From Elusimicrobiota bacterium (lineage in GTDB: Bacteria; Elusimicrobiota; Elusimicrobia; UBA1565; UBA9628), in the NCBI GenBank assembly GCA_027452025.1, contig DAIDHI010000086.1, positions 15,294 through 79,293 of the forward strand: DNA of 64,000 nucleotides, read 5' to 3'. Every line of letters starts with the position of its first letter. Positions within the stretch are counted from its first letter, which is position 1. Below, piece after piece: positions 35,637-44,478 of the stretch. The position numbers were made by a program, and so were the translations under genes. The notes under the pieces are model-generated. The model had not been told where the DNA came from, ran no database searches, and worked only from the letters and a program-made list of their open reading frames with translations.

Positions 35637-37379
35637 GTGAACCTCCCCGGCGCCCCGCGCCTGGCCCTCGCCCTCTCCTTGGCCGCCGGCTGGCTCAACG
35701 TCCCCGGCGCTCCCCCGCCGCGAGCTCTCTCCGGCAAGGCCGTCGTCTTCGCCTTTGGCGACTTTTCCCGGGCCGCCGGCCTGAGAGGCCTGCCCGGCCT
35801 CGAAAAGCTGGCGTCCGCGCATCCAGATGCGCTGGCGGTGGTCTGCGTCCAGGAGGGCCGCGTCCCGCGCCCGCTCCTGCGTAAATTAATCGTCGATGAG
35901 GACATTCCCTTCCCCGTCGCCGTCGACGCCGGGGGACGGCTGGCCCGGGCCTACGGCGCGGCGGCCGCGCCGCCGTCGTTTCTCCTGATCGATCCCCTGG
36001 GCCGCCCCGCGGGCCGTTATCTCGCGGCAGGCGAGGACCTTGAACAGGGCGTCGCGAGCGTTTTGGCGAAAGCCGGCGCGACCCCCCGGCCGGGCAAACG
36101 GCCGCTGGCGCTCAGGCTCGAGCGCGACGCCGCCGGCTCTGCCGCCTTCTCGCCCCGCCGCCTGCTGGTCGACCCCGCCGGCCGCCGGGTCTTCATCTCG
36201 GACACGGGGCACGACCGCGTCGTCGTCGCCGACTATTCCGGGCGCGTTCTCTCCGTCATCGGCTCCGGAGAGCGCGGCCTGCAAGACGGCCCCTTCGCTC
36301 AAGCCAAGCTCGACCATCCGCTCGGCCTGGCCCTCAACGGCCGAATGCTCTACATCGCCGACCGCGGCAACGACCGCATCCGGCAGGCCGACCTCGCGCA
36401 AGGCATGCTGCGCACCGTGGGCCAGACGGTCGGCGTCGGCTGGCCGGATGGGCTGGCTTTCGGCAACGACCGCCTCTACATCGCCGCCGCTTCCCCGCAC
36501 AAGATCATGATGTACAACACCCATGACGGGGCGCTTTCGGCTTACGCGGGCTCGGGCGCCGACCGGCATGAGGACGGCGCTCTGCCCGCCGCGGCGCTCG
36601 AGCAGCCCGCCGCCCTGGCGTTTTCCAGCGGCACGCTCTTCGTCAGCGACGACGCCGCGGGCTCCGTCGGCGCCGTCGAGGTCGCCAACCCCGAAATCAG
36701 GACGATGGTCTCGGGCCTGGGGTGGCCGCAGGGCCTGGCCGCCAGCGGCGGCTCCCTCGTCGTCGCCGACCTCGGCCGCGGGACCGTCGAGCGCGTCGAT
36801 CCCCGCGCGCGCAAGGCGACCGTGCTGGCTCGCGGCTTTTCGCGCCCCGAGGACGTGGCGCCCTTCCGGGGCGGCTGGCTCGTGGCCGACGGCTCCGGAG
36901 CGCTCTGGCGCCTGTCGGCCGACGGAAGTCGCCGCGAGCGCTGGACGCTGTCCGGCCTGCCGGCCTTAAGCGGCGATCCCCAGACCGGCCCGATGCCGAC
37001 CCCCCTCATGAGCGTCCTGCCCGTCGCCCGCGTCCACTCCGACGCGCCGGCGACGATCCTGTTGTCGGTCTCCCTGCCCAAGGGCTACCGCCTGGACGCG
37101 CGGGCGCCATTTCGCTACCGCGTCGCGCAGACCAGCGGCCTGATCACCTTCCAGCACTCGACGCGCAAGGGCGCGCTCGCTCAGGCGCAGCTCCCCGCGC
37201 GCTTGAACTTCGTGCAGCCCGCGGGCAGGGCCGAGGCCCTCGTCGAAGCGTCGTTCTACTACTGCCGCGAGGACGGCAAGGGCGTGTGCCTGGCCAAATC
37301 GGCCTTGGAAGACCTGCCGCTGGAAGCCTCCCCGACCGAGCCTCGCACCGAGCTCGCCGTCTCGATTGCGGCCGATTAG
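35637..37379 (+). CDS. Secreted TlpA-like thioredoxin-fold domain fused to NHL-repeat beta-propeller protein
   Basis: GTG start; signal peptide; N-terminal redoxin-like region; repeated NHL-type units FISDTGHDRVVV, LYIADRGNDRIRQ, LFVSDDAAGSV; 580 aa. Confidence 0.65.
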   Translation: MNLPGAPRLALALSLAAGWLNVPGAPPPRALSGKAVVFAFGDFSRAAGLRGLPGLEKLASAHPDALAVVCVQEGRVPRPLLRKLIVDEDIPFPVAVDAGGRLARAYGAAAAPPSFLLIDPLGRPAGRYLAAGEDLEQGVASVLAKAGATPRPGKRPLALRLERDAAGSAAFSPRRLLVDPAGRRVFISDTGHDRVVVADYSGRVLSVIGSGERGLQDGPFAQAKLDHPLGLALNGRMLYIADRGNDRIRQADLAQGMLRTVGQTVGVGWPDGLAFGNDRLYIAAASPHKIMMYNTHDGALSAYAGSGADRHEDGALPAAALEQPAALAFSSGTLFVSDDAAGSVGAVEVANPEIRTMVSGLGWPQGLAASGGSLVVADLGRGTVERVDPRARKATVLARGFSRPEDVAPFRGGWLVADGSGALWRLSADGSRRERWTLSGLPALSGDPQTGPMPTPLMSVLPVARVHSDAPATILLSVSLPKGYRLDARAPFRYRVAQTSGLITFQHSTRKGALAQAQLPARLNFVQPAGRAEALVEASFYYCREDGKGVCLAKSALEDLPLEASPTEPRTELAVSIAAD

Positions 37380-37380
37380 A

Positions 37381-37626
37381 CTAGCGCGACAGCCATAGCC
37401 CGGCAAGCTGCCAAAGCCCGAGGGCGATCGCCGCGGCGCCGAGACAGAAGAGGAAGAGGCACCAACTGGTCTTTCCGGGATCGCATCGGCGGGTCTCGGC
37501 GCGGTGGGAGTGCGTGCCATACATCACGTGGATGTCAAAGCCCTGGCGGGACCACCAGCGCCCCCGGTAGATCGCCACGCCCCCTCCGACCAGAAACAGC
37601 ACGGACCCGGCCAGGTGCAGGATCAC
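37381..37626 (-). CDS. Small two-helix membrane protein
   Basis: 81 aa from GTG (VILHLAGSVLFLVGGGVAIYRGRWWSRQGFDIHVMYGTHSHR...LFLFCLGAAAIALGLWQLAGLW). GTGA overlap with the stop of the upstream gene. The ORF-track listing 37381..38334 extends this frame upstream with no stop. Confidence 0.35.
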   Translation of the reverse strand: MILHLAGSVLFLVGGGVAIYRGRWWSRQGFDIHVMYGTHSHRAETRRCDPGKTSWCLFLFCLGAAAIALGLWQLAGLWLSR

Positions 37627-38048
37627 GGCTGGGAAGCCGGAATCTGCGGGGTCGCTCCTTGAGAGCAGACGTCGCCGGCGCAAGCCGGCGGTGCCCCGGC
37701 GGCCTGCGCGGCCTGGCCCGCGGCCGGGCCCGCGGCCGGCGAGGCGGGCGCGTCGGGATTGGCGATGGAGCCGGGAAAATGGGCCGGGGCGTAATGCGGC
37801 GCGGCCGCGGGCGCCGCCGCCTTCTTGCGATGCCGCCGGACCTTGAGGCGCTTGGAGGCCGCGATCGGATTGCCGTCCTTGTCGAAGCGGTAATGCGCGC
37901 CGCCCGTCAAAACCTTGTAGTCCTTGTATTGGGAGGCGGCGTAGTCGTAGCCCCGCTTCTTGGCCTTCTTGCGATGACGCGGGGCGGCGGCGAGCGAAAG
38001 CCCCGGGAGAGCGACGACGACGGCGAGCGTCCAAGCCAGCAGCCTCAT
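37623..38048 (-). CDS. Small secreted Lys/Ala/Pro-rich protein
   Basis: ATG at 38048; MRLLAWTLAVVVALPGLSLAAAP signal peptide then RHRKKAKKRGYDYAASQYKDYKV; 141 aa. This is the real 3' part of the long ORF listed as 37623..38735. Confidence 0.4.
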   Translation of the reverse strand: MRLLAWTLAVVVALPGLSLAAAPRHRKKAKKRGYDYAASQYKDYKVLTGGAHYRFDKDGNPIAASKRLKVRRHRKKAAAPAAAPHYAPAHFPGSIANPDAPASPAAGPAAGQAAQAAGAPPACAGDVCSQGATPQIPASQP

Positions 38049-38080
38049 CCCCACGAGTATAGGCCAACGGGAGGCGCGCG

Positions 38081-38700
38081 TCAACGCTTCTCCCAGCGCC
38101 GCGCCAAGGGACGCAGTTCCTCGGCGCCTCGGCCGTCGAAGTCCTCCATGGCTTCGCGGACTCGCGCCGGGCCGTTCTCGCCCTCCTCCGACGCCCGCCG
38201 CGCCGCGACCTCGGGCGGCTCGCCCTGAGCCGCCTCGCGGTAGAAGGATGACGGATCGTCGGCGAAGAGGCCGATCTCCCGAGCGACGCGCTTGCGCTCG
38301 CTTGCCGGCGGGGCGTGGCGCAATCCGCGGGCAAAGGCCGAATCCCGGACGGAGAGCTCGAGCGCGAAGCGCAGTTCGGTCTGTCGGCACGCCGGCGTTT
38401 CCTGCGGCAGCTCCAGGGGCAAGCCCATGGACGCGCGGCACAGCTCTCGCGCGAGGTCCAGGACGGCGTCGTCGCGGCCCGCGGCGGCCAGCGCCCGGAA
38501 ATCGAACACCAGCGCCCGAGGCTTGCGCCGGTAGGCGACGGGCGCGCCGCCGTGCGCGCTGCGGCACGGCACGCGCGCGGTCTCGGCCAGCAGCCGGCGG
38601 CCGACGTAGGTGCGCCTGAGCTCGCCGTCGAGGACGGCCTTGCCGGCGGTCTCCGGGACCGAGAGCGCCATGTCGTAGGCGGCGACTCCGTCGGGCAGCT
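38081..38700 (-). CDS. Hypothetical protein, possibly secreted; start codon unresolved
   Basis: The frame continues through LLTRAALLCAFLAGAAVAQELP (signal-like) to the stop at 38081. There is no clean ATG/GTG at the expected start; an internal ATG (DMALSV) is the alternative. Confidence 0.25.
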
Positions 38701-38751
38701 CCTGCGCGACGGCCGCGCCCGCCAGGAAAGCGCACAACAGCGCCGCCCGCG

Positions 38752-39585
38752 TCAGTAAGTGAACATCTTGAGGCAGTAGACGCTCCCTCCGGCCTTGATG
38801 AATTCCGTCGTGTCCACCTCGATGACCTCGAGCCCCATCACGGCCATATGGCGGGCGACGGAGGGAGACCCGCGCTGCACGATGGCCGCGCGAGAATCGA
38901 CCACCGCGGCGTTGCAGGCCATGCGGCGCACGGCCTCGGTCTCGCCGGCCGTGAGCACGACCGGAAAAATCTTCAGGATGAGCTCCAAGCTCGCCGCGTC
39001 GAAGGCCGACGGGTAGATGAGGACGGCCTCCGAGGTCAACGGGCAAAAGCAGGTGTCGAGATGATAGAACCGCTCGTTGACGAGCTTCAGCAGAACGACC
39101 GGCGCGTCGAAGAGGCGAGAAACTTCCTCATAGGCTTCGGGCTCGGTGCGAAAGCCGTGGCCGCCCCAGATGAGCCGCTTGGAGGGATGCCAGACGGCGT
39201 CGCCGGCTCCCTCGAACAGGACGGCGGGATCCTTGAGCGAGGCGACGCGATAGCCTCGGGATTGAAAATAGGCGGCAAACGCGGGCACCTCGCGCCGCCG
39301 AGACGAGTGCCGCATCTGCCCGAGCAGGCAGACGCGCTCCATTCGGGGCGTGACGCCCACGAACGTCTGATTGGCGCAAAAGACCATATCCTCGAGTCCC
39401 GGCAACGGCTCGATGAGGTCGACGGGCTTGCCCGCGCGCTCGAAGGCGGCCTTGACGTCCTCCCACTGACGGCGCGCCAGCCCCCTGTTGACCGAACCGG
39501 CCTGCCCCGCCATGAAAGGGTTCTTGACGTCGACGACGTCGTAGTGATCCGGCGGGCACATGAGCACGCCCGTAGGCTCGGGCAT
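38752..39585 (-). CDS. Amidinotransferase-superfamily enzyme (DDAH/arginine-deiminase-like)
   Basis: 277 aa from ATG 39585: MPEPTGVLMCPPDHYDVVDV...ERFYHLDTCFCPL...AGGSVYCLKMF. The C-terminal Cys in GGSVYC is at the position of the family nucleophile. The rest of the 1107-aa track ORF upstream is Arg/Gly-rich out-of-frame noise. Confidence 0.6.
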   Translation of the reverse strand: MPEPTGVLMCPPDHYDVVDVKNPFMAGQAGSVNRGLARRQWEDVKAAFERAGKPVDLIEPLPGLEDMVFCANQTFVGVTPRMERVCLLGQMRHSSRRREVPAFAAYFQSRGYRVASLKDPAVLFEGAGDAVWHPSKRLIWGGHGFRTEPEAYEEVSRLFDAPVVLLKLVNERFYHLDTCFCPLTSEAVLIYPSAFDAASLELILKIFPVVLTAGETEAVRRMACNAAVVDSRAAIVQRGSPSVARHMAVMGLEVIEVDTTEFIKAGGSVYCLKMFTY

Positions 39586-39644
39586 CGACGCGCAGCTCTT
39601 GAGCGAGAAGCCTTTGAGATCGTGGACGGTGCGGTAGACCCGGC

Positions 39645-41033
39645 TCAACGGAAGTTCTCCTTTCCGAAGGCGACGGCGAAGTCGTCGGGCGCTCCGCGGA
39701 AGGAGCGGCCGCTCGCGTCTTCCGCGCGCAGCCGCGAGCCGTTTCCGCTCATCCAAGCCCAGGCCTCGCGCTCCTCGATCGACAGGCCGCCGTCGATGTG
39801 GTGAACGATCGGCAAAAACACCAGGGGCCGCCCCCGCGCGAGCACGCGGCCGGCGAGAACCTGGAACAAGCGGGCCCGATAGGGCGTCTCCCGAGCGATC
39901 TCCTCCGCCAGCTCCTTGAGCGCCGAATCGGCCGCCTCGGGCGTGAAGCCGAACGCCTCCAAGCAGTCCCGGGCCGCGCGAGCGGTCTCCTCGGTCAAGG
40001 ACCCCCGCTCCGCCGCCGCCGGCATGCGCCCGTCGCTCATCAGCCCCGCCGCCGCGCCCATGAGATAGGCCTCGGCCAGACGCTCGGGCTCGTGAGCGGT
40101 CGCCAGACCCGAGGCCTCGAAGGCGGAGAAGGCGGGACTCTGGCGCAGCCGCGCGAGGGATTGGCCCGCGCGAGCCTTGCAGCGCCCCTTGCGGCGCTGG
40201 CGGCCCGCCCACTCCCGCACCGCGTATAGGATTCGCGTCGTCGACGGCACGCCGCCCGCCAGCACCAACCCGGCCTCGCCGCCGCCCGCCAGCAACGCCA
40301 AAAGGCGATGCGCCATCCGGCTCCAGGCGCAGCGGCGCAAGAGCCAGGCGCTGATCGGATTGCGTCCGATGGCCAGTCGGTCGAAGCCGAGATGGTAGCG
40401 GCCCATCACGCCCGCATATAATCCTTCCTCGTAAAGCGGGACCGTGTCGAGGGCGAACGGGTCGATGGCCACGACCAGGCGCGGCCTGCAGGGCCGGCCG
40501 CGCACGGCGCGGGCGGCGAGCACGGCGTGGCGCACCAACTGAAAGTTCAGATGGGCCAGGTCGCCCAGAACCGGAGGGTGCGAGACCACCGCGAGCAGGG
40601 CGGGCGCGCGGCCGGCGTCTTTTTCCACGCGCCGCGCCAGCTCCCGCGCCCGGCCCATCACAGGGCTGGCCGCGTCGAAGGGATAGGGCGCCGGGCCGGC
40701 GAGGGCGCTCAGCGCCCGGTCCAGCCCTCGCAGCGCCCACTCCGCGGGCATCCTCTCGACCACCCCGGCGACGACCGCGCCCAGCGCCACGAACGGGGCC
40801 TCCAGCCACCACCGCTGCGCCTCGCTCTTGCGCGGCAGGACGGCGCCTTCGCGAGCCATCGAACGTTCGGCGGCGCCGGTGACGATGGAGAGGAGGTCTT
40901 GCGAAGTGCCGGTGCGCAGGCTGGGATAGCGGTACGGCTGGGGCATCGTCGCTGGCATTGTAACATAAGGCGCTGAAAAATGATAACCTCGGACCATGCT
41001 CGTTTCGGCCGCGTTGACGCTTTTCGCGCTCAC
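39645..41033 (-). CDS. Hypothetical protein
   Basis: 462-aa ORF with protein-like composition; no family recognised; co-directional with the amidinotransferase gene. Confidence 0.4.
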   Translation of the reverse strand: MSAKSVNAAETSMVRGYHFSAPYVTMPATMPQPYRYPSLRTGTSQDLLSIVTGAAERSMAREGAVLPRKSEAQRWWLEAPFVALGAVVAGVVERMPAEWALRGLDRALSALAGPAPYPFDAASPVMGRARELARRVEKDAGRAPALLAVVSHPPVLGDLAHLNFQLVRHAVLAARAVRGRPCRPRLVVAIDPFALDTVPLYEEGLYAGVMGRYHLGFDRLAIGRNPISAWLLRRCAWSRMAHRLLALLAGGGEAGLVLAGGVPSTTRILYAVREWAGRQRRKGRCKARAGQSLARLRQSPAFSAFEASGLATAHEPERLAEAYLMGAAAGLMSDGRMPAAAERGSLTEETARAARDCLEAFGFTPEAADSALKELAEEIARETPYRARLFQVLAGRVLARGRPLVFLPIVHHIDGGLSIEEREAWAWMSGNGSRLRAEDASGRSFRGAPDDFAVAFGKENFR

Positions 41034-42360
41034 TGCCGCGTCGGCCGGCGTCTCCGCGGCGCAACCTCTGGGCTACGTCGTGCGCGTGGACTCCCGCGGC
41101 GTCTATCTCGACATGGGCGCGCAAGCCGGCGCCGCCGTCGGCCAGCCGTTCGAGGTTTATAAGGAAGGCGCGGAGCTGAAGCATCCGGTCACCGGACAGT
41201 CCCTCGGCCGTCTCGAGACGCCCGTCGCCTCCGGCGTCATCTCCGACGTCGAAAAGCTCTATTCCGTGGGCACGCTCGCACGTGCGGCCGATGTCGCCGC
41301 GGGCATGCGCGCGCGTCTGGGCGAGCTTCCCGCGGCGGCCCCGGCGGCGACTCCGGCCGCGGCCGCCGCGCCGCAACCGGGACGCACGTCCGTGCGGACC
41401 CCGCGCTGGAAAGGCCCCGAGCTCGGCTTCAAGATTCGAGCGATGGCGGTGGCGGACTTCCTGGGAAACGGCCAGCCGCAGCTCGCGCTGGCGGACAACG
41501 CCACGATCTATCTCTTCCCCTATCCGCCGCACGATGACAAGCCCGTGGCGGTGCGCTACATCGGCGGCGTCAATCCGAGAATCGTCTCGCTGTCGGCCGC
41601 CGACCTCGACCGGGACGGCAAGGCCGAGCTCTTCGTCTCGCTGGACAACCAGTCCCTGGGGCGCGTCGAGACCGCGGTCTATCAAGTGGAAGCCGGACGC
41701 TGGAAAAAGCTTTCCGAGCTGCCCTGGCTCGTGCACCCCGTCGCGGGCGACGACGGCAAGCGCCTGCTGGCCGTCCAGCAGCTGGAGGACACCGACTTCC
41801 CGTTTTCCGCCGTCTATCCGCTGCGGCTCAAGGACGGCCGCTACGGCCCGGGCCGGCCGGCGCTGCGGCATCCGCGCGCGGACTGGCTCTACGATTTCAC
41901 GCGGGCCAAGCTCGACGACGGGGAGCCGGCCTTCGTCTACATCACCTCCAACAACCGGATTCGCGCGCAGTTTCGCCACGGAGCCTGGAGCACTGAGGAG
42001 CCCTACGAGCAGACGCCCGTGCGGATGCGCTGGCCCGACGGAGACGACAACAACGGGCGGCTTCTCGAGTTCCATCCCGAGATTCTGGTCGTGCCCGGAG
42101 GCGACCGCAAGTCTTCCCTCTACGTCGTACGCAACACGGCCATGCTCGGAGCGCTGGCCGAGCCCTTCGGGCTCTTCAGCAGCGGCGAGTTGGCTCGCAT
42201 GTCTTGGAACGGCGTCGCCCTCCAGAAGGATTGGACGGCGCCGCTCGGCGGCTACACCACGGCGACGGCCTTGGTCTCGCGCCCCGGAAAGCCCGACGAC
42301 CTCGTCGCGGCCGTGACGAGCACGTCCGGAAAGTCCTCGATCTGGGTCTTCGACCCTTAG
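40996..42360 (+). CDS. Secreted protein with FG-GAP/VCBS-like repeats
   Basis: 454 aa; signal peptide MLVSAALTLFALTAASAGVSAAQ; FG-GAP-like ADFLGNGQPQLAL and ADLDRDGKAELFV. Confidence 0.5.
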   Translation: MLVSAALTLFALTAASAGVSAAQPLGYVVRVDSRGVYLDMGAQAGAAVGQPFEVYKEGAELKHPVTGQSLGRLETPVASGVISDVEKLYSVGTLARAADVAAGMRARLGELPAAAPAATPAAAAAPQPGRTSVRTPRWKGPELGFKIRAMAVADFLGNGQPQLALADNATIYLFPYPPHDDKPVAVRYIGGVNPRIVSLSAADLDRDGKAELFVSLDNQSLGRVETAVYQVEAGRWKKLSELPWLVHPVAGDDGKRLLAVQQLEDTDFPFSAVYPLRLKDGRYGPGRPALRHPRADWLYDFTRAKLDDGEPAFVYITSNNRIRAQFRHGAWSTEEPYEQTPVRMRWPDGDDNNGRLLEFHPEILVVPGGDRKSSLYVVRNTAMLGALAEPFGLFSSGELARMSWNGVALQKDWTAPLGGYTTATALVSRPGKPDDLVAAVTSTSGKSSIWVFDP

Positions 42361-42365
42361 CGTCC

Positions 42366-42758
42366 ATGGAGCCGCGCCGCAAGAAGATCCTCGTCGTCGA
42401 CGATGACCCGGCGATCCGCGAGGTCCTCGCCACGCAGTTGGGCCGCCTGGATTTCGATACCGCCTGTGCCGGCGACGGGGTTGAGGCCGTCTCGGCCTTC
42501 AAGAGGGAAAAGCCCGACCTGGTCCTCATGGACGTCATGATGCCTCGCATGGACGGCTTGGCCGCCTGCGAGAAGATCCGCGCGCTGGAGAAAAAGGGCG
42601 CCCGCATCCCGATCCTCTTTTTGACCGCCAGGGACAGCCAGCACGACAAGCTGAGCACGGCGCTTTCCGGCGGCGACGACTTCGTCACGAAACCAGTCAG
42701 CCTTCAGGAGCTGCGCGAGCGCGTGGAGGCCGCGCTGGCGCGCGCTCGGGGCCGATGA
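42366..42758 (+). CDS. Stand-alone CheY-like response regulator receiver domain
   Basis: 130 aa: KILVVDDDPAIREVL...DLVLMDVMMPRMDG...FLTAR...DDFVTKP. The phospho-acceptor Asp is present and there is no output domain. Confidence 0.8.
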   Translation: MEPRRKKILVVDDDPAIREVLATQLGRLDFDTACAGDGVEAVSAFKREKPDLVLMDVMMPRMDGLAACEKIRALEKKGARIPILFLTARDSQHDKLSTALSGGDDFVTKPVSLQELRERVEAALARARGR

Positions 42759-43750
42759 ACACCGCGGCCGCTTCCGCGTCCTTTCTGATCGCCGCTCTGC
42801 TGGCCGGCGCCCCGGCGCGCGCGGCGTCGCTGGGGCCTGCGCCTCTGGGCGAGAAGCCCTACGGCGTCCTGCTGCTGGGCGAGGGCGGCTCTCAAGCGTG
42901 GAACGACACCATCGACGGCCTGCGCAAGGCCCTCGGTCAGAAGGTGCCCTTCGACTTCTCGGCCGGGCCGGCCGACAGCGCCAACATGCAAGCCGGCATC
43001 GACGCGCTGCAGGAGCAGGGCGCCCGCAAGATCGTCGTGGTGCCTCTGCTGCTCTCGTCCTATTCGGAGGACATGGACCAGATTCGCTACCTCCTCGGCA
43101 TGCGCGACCGACCGTCGGCCTCGCTGATGAACGCCCCTCACGCTCACAACGACGGTCCCGACCGCCGGCTAAGCGTCAAGGTCCCCATCGTCCTCGCCAA
43201 GGCGCTCGACGACCATCCCCTCCTCGTGGCGACGCTCGCCGACCGGGCCCGGGCCCTGGTCCCAAGGCCGGACCAAGCCACGCTCGTGCTCATCGGCGCG
43301 GCGCCCGCGCCCAAGGACGCGGCCCGCGACTGGGCCTCCGTCATGAGCGACTTGGCCCAGAAAACGGCTCGGCAAGCCGGGTTTCGCGCGGGTTCGGCGA
43401 TGGCGCTTCATCCAGAGGCCGAGCAGCGCGCTCGCGACCGGTCCCGGGATGCGGTCGTCGGGGCCCTTCGCAAGCTGCGCGTCCTCGGCCCCGTCGCCGT
43501 AGTGCCGCTCGAGCTTTCCTCGGGAGCCGAGACCCTCGAGCTCGACTCCATGCTCGACGGGACCATGGTCAGCTATGACGGCAAGGACATTCTGCCCGAC
43601 TTGAGGATCGTGCATTGGGCCAAGCTTTCCGCCGAAGCCGCGGCCAAGCTGCCGGACATGCGGCTGTTCAAGGACGCCGGCCAGGGCTTGCCCCCCCCGC
43701 CGCCGCTGACGTTCGAGCACAAGCTGACCGCCCCAGGAGGCCGACCATGA
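42755..43750 (+). CDS. Periplasmic two-repeat CbiX/SirB-like (chelatase-fold) protein lacking the usual catalytic His
   Basis: Signal peptide MNTAAASASFLIAALLAGAPARA. Repeat 1 VLLLGEGGSQ...KIVVVPLLLSSYSED and repeat 2 LVLIGAAPAP...AVVPLELSSGAE resemble CbiX LLVGHGS...VVPLFL motifs, but the His residues are replaced. Confidence 0.4.
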   Translation: MNTAAASASFLIAALLAGAPARAASLGPAPLGEKPYGVLLLGEGGSQAWNDTIDGLRKALGQKVPFDFSAGPADSANMQAGIDALQEQGARKIVVVPLLLSSYSEDMDQIRYLLGMRDRPSASLMNAPHAHNDGPDRRLSVKVPIVLAKALDDHPLLVATLADRARALVPRPDQATLVLIGAAPAPKDAARDWASVMSDLAQKTARQAGFRAGSAMALHPEAEQRARDRSRDAVVGALRKLRVLGPVAVVPLELSSGAETLELDSMLDGTMVSYDGKDILPDLRIVHWAKLSAEAAAKLPDMRLFKDAGQGLPPPPPLTFEHKLTAPGGRP

Positions 43751-44478
43751 CCCGCCCCGCCGACTCCGCCGCCGTCCTAGACCTCGGCTTTGTCCGCCTC
43801 GTAGACTTCATGGGAGGCGACCGCGGCGTCGTCGACGCCGCGCGCGTCTCCTACGGCGGCGTCTCCAAGGGCGAGGAGGCCGACCGCAAACTCATCGTCT
43901 ATCTGCTCAAGCACCAGCACATGACGCCTTTCGAGCACGCCGTGTTCAAGTTCCACGTCTCCTGCCCGATCTTCGTCATGCGCCAGTGGATCCGCCACCG
44001 AATGGCCTCTTACAACGAGATCTCGGCGCGCTACACCGAGGTCAAGGACGAATTCTACATCCCGAGCCGGTGGCGAGCCCAAGACGTCAAGAACAAGCAG
44101 GGCTCGGTGAGCGCTCCGCGATTGGACCATGCGAAGCTCACCGGCCTCTTCAATAAGCAGATCAAAGCCTGCCTGGCGACCTACCGAGAGCTCCTGGAAG
44201 CCGGCGTGGCCCGGGAGATGGCGCGCATGGTCCTGCCCGTCAACGCCTACACGCAGTTTTACTGGACGGTCAACGCCCGCAGCTTCATGAACTTCCTCTC
44301 CTTGCGCGCCGACGCCCACGCCCAGTGGGAGATACAGCAATACGCCGAGGCCCTGGCCGCGTTCTTCGAGCGCAAGATGCCGTGGACGTACGCCGCCTTC
44401 CTGACCCACGTCTGGACTGGCGAAAACTCCAAGATCGCCGCCCAGCGCCAGGCCGTCCTGGCCGGCCAAGCTCGATGA
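43747..44478 (+). CDS. thyX: Flavin-dependent thymidylate synthase
   Basis: 243 aa; ThyX motif RHRMASYNEISARY (RHRxxSxNExSxRY); ATGA overlap with the upstream stop. Confidence 0.9.
   Translation: MTRPADSAAVLDLGFVRLVDFMGGDRGVVDAARVSYGGVSKGEEADRKLIVYLLKHQHMTPFEHAVFKFHVSCPIFVMRQWIRHRMASYNEISARYTEVKDEFYIPSRWRAQDVKNKQGSVSAPRLDHAKLTGLFNKQIKACLATYRELLEAGVAREMARMVLPVNAYTQFYWTVNARSFMNFLSLRADAHAQWEIQQYAEALAAFFERKMPWTYAAFLTHVWTGENSKIAAQRQAVLAGQAR

Noticed and set aside
39586-42075. Upstream 830 codons of the 1107-aa ORF 38752..42075
   Set aside because: Only the C-terminal 277 aa (from MPEPTG) look like a real amidinotransferase-fold protein. The remainder is Arg/Gly-rich and overlaps two better-supported genes.
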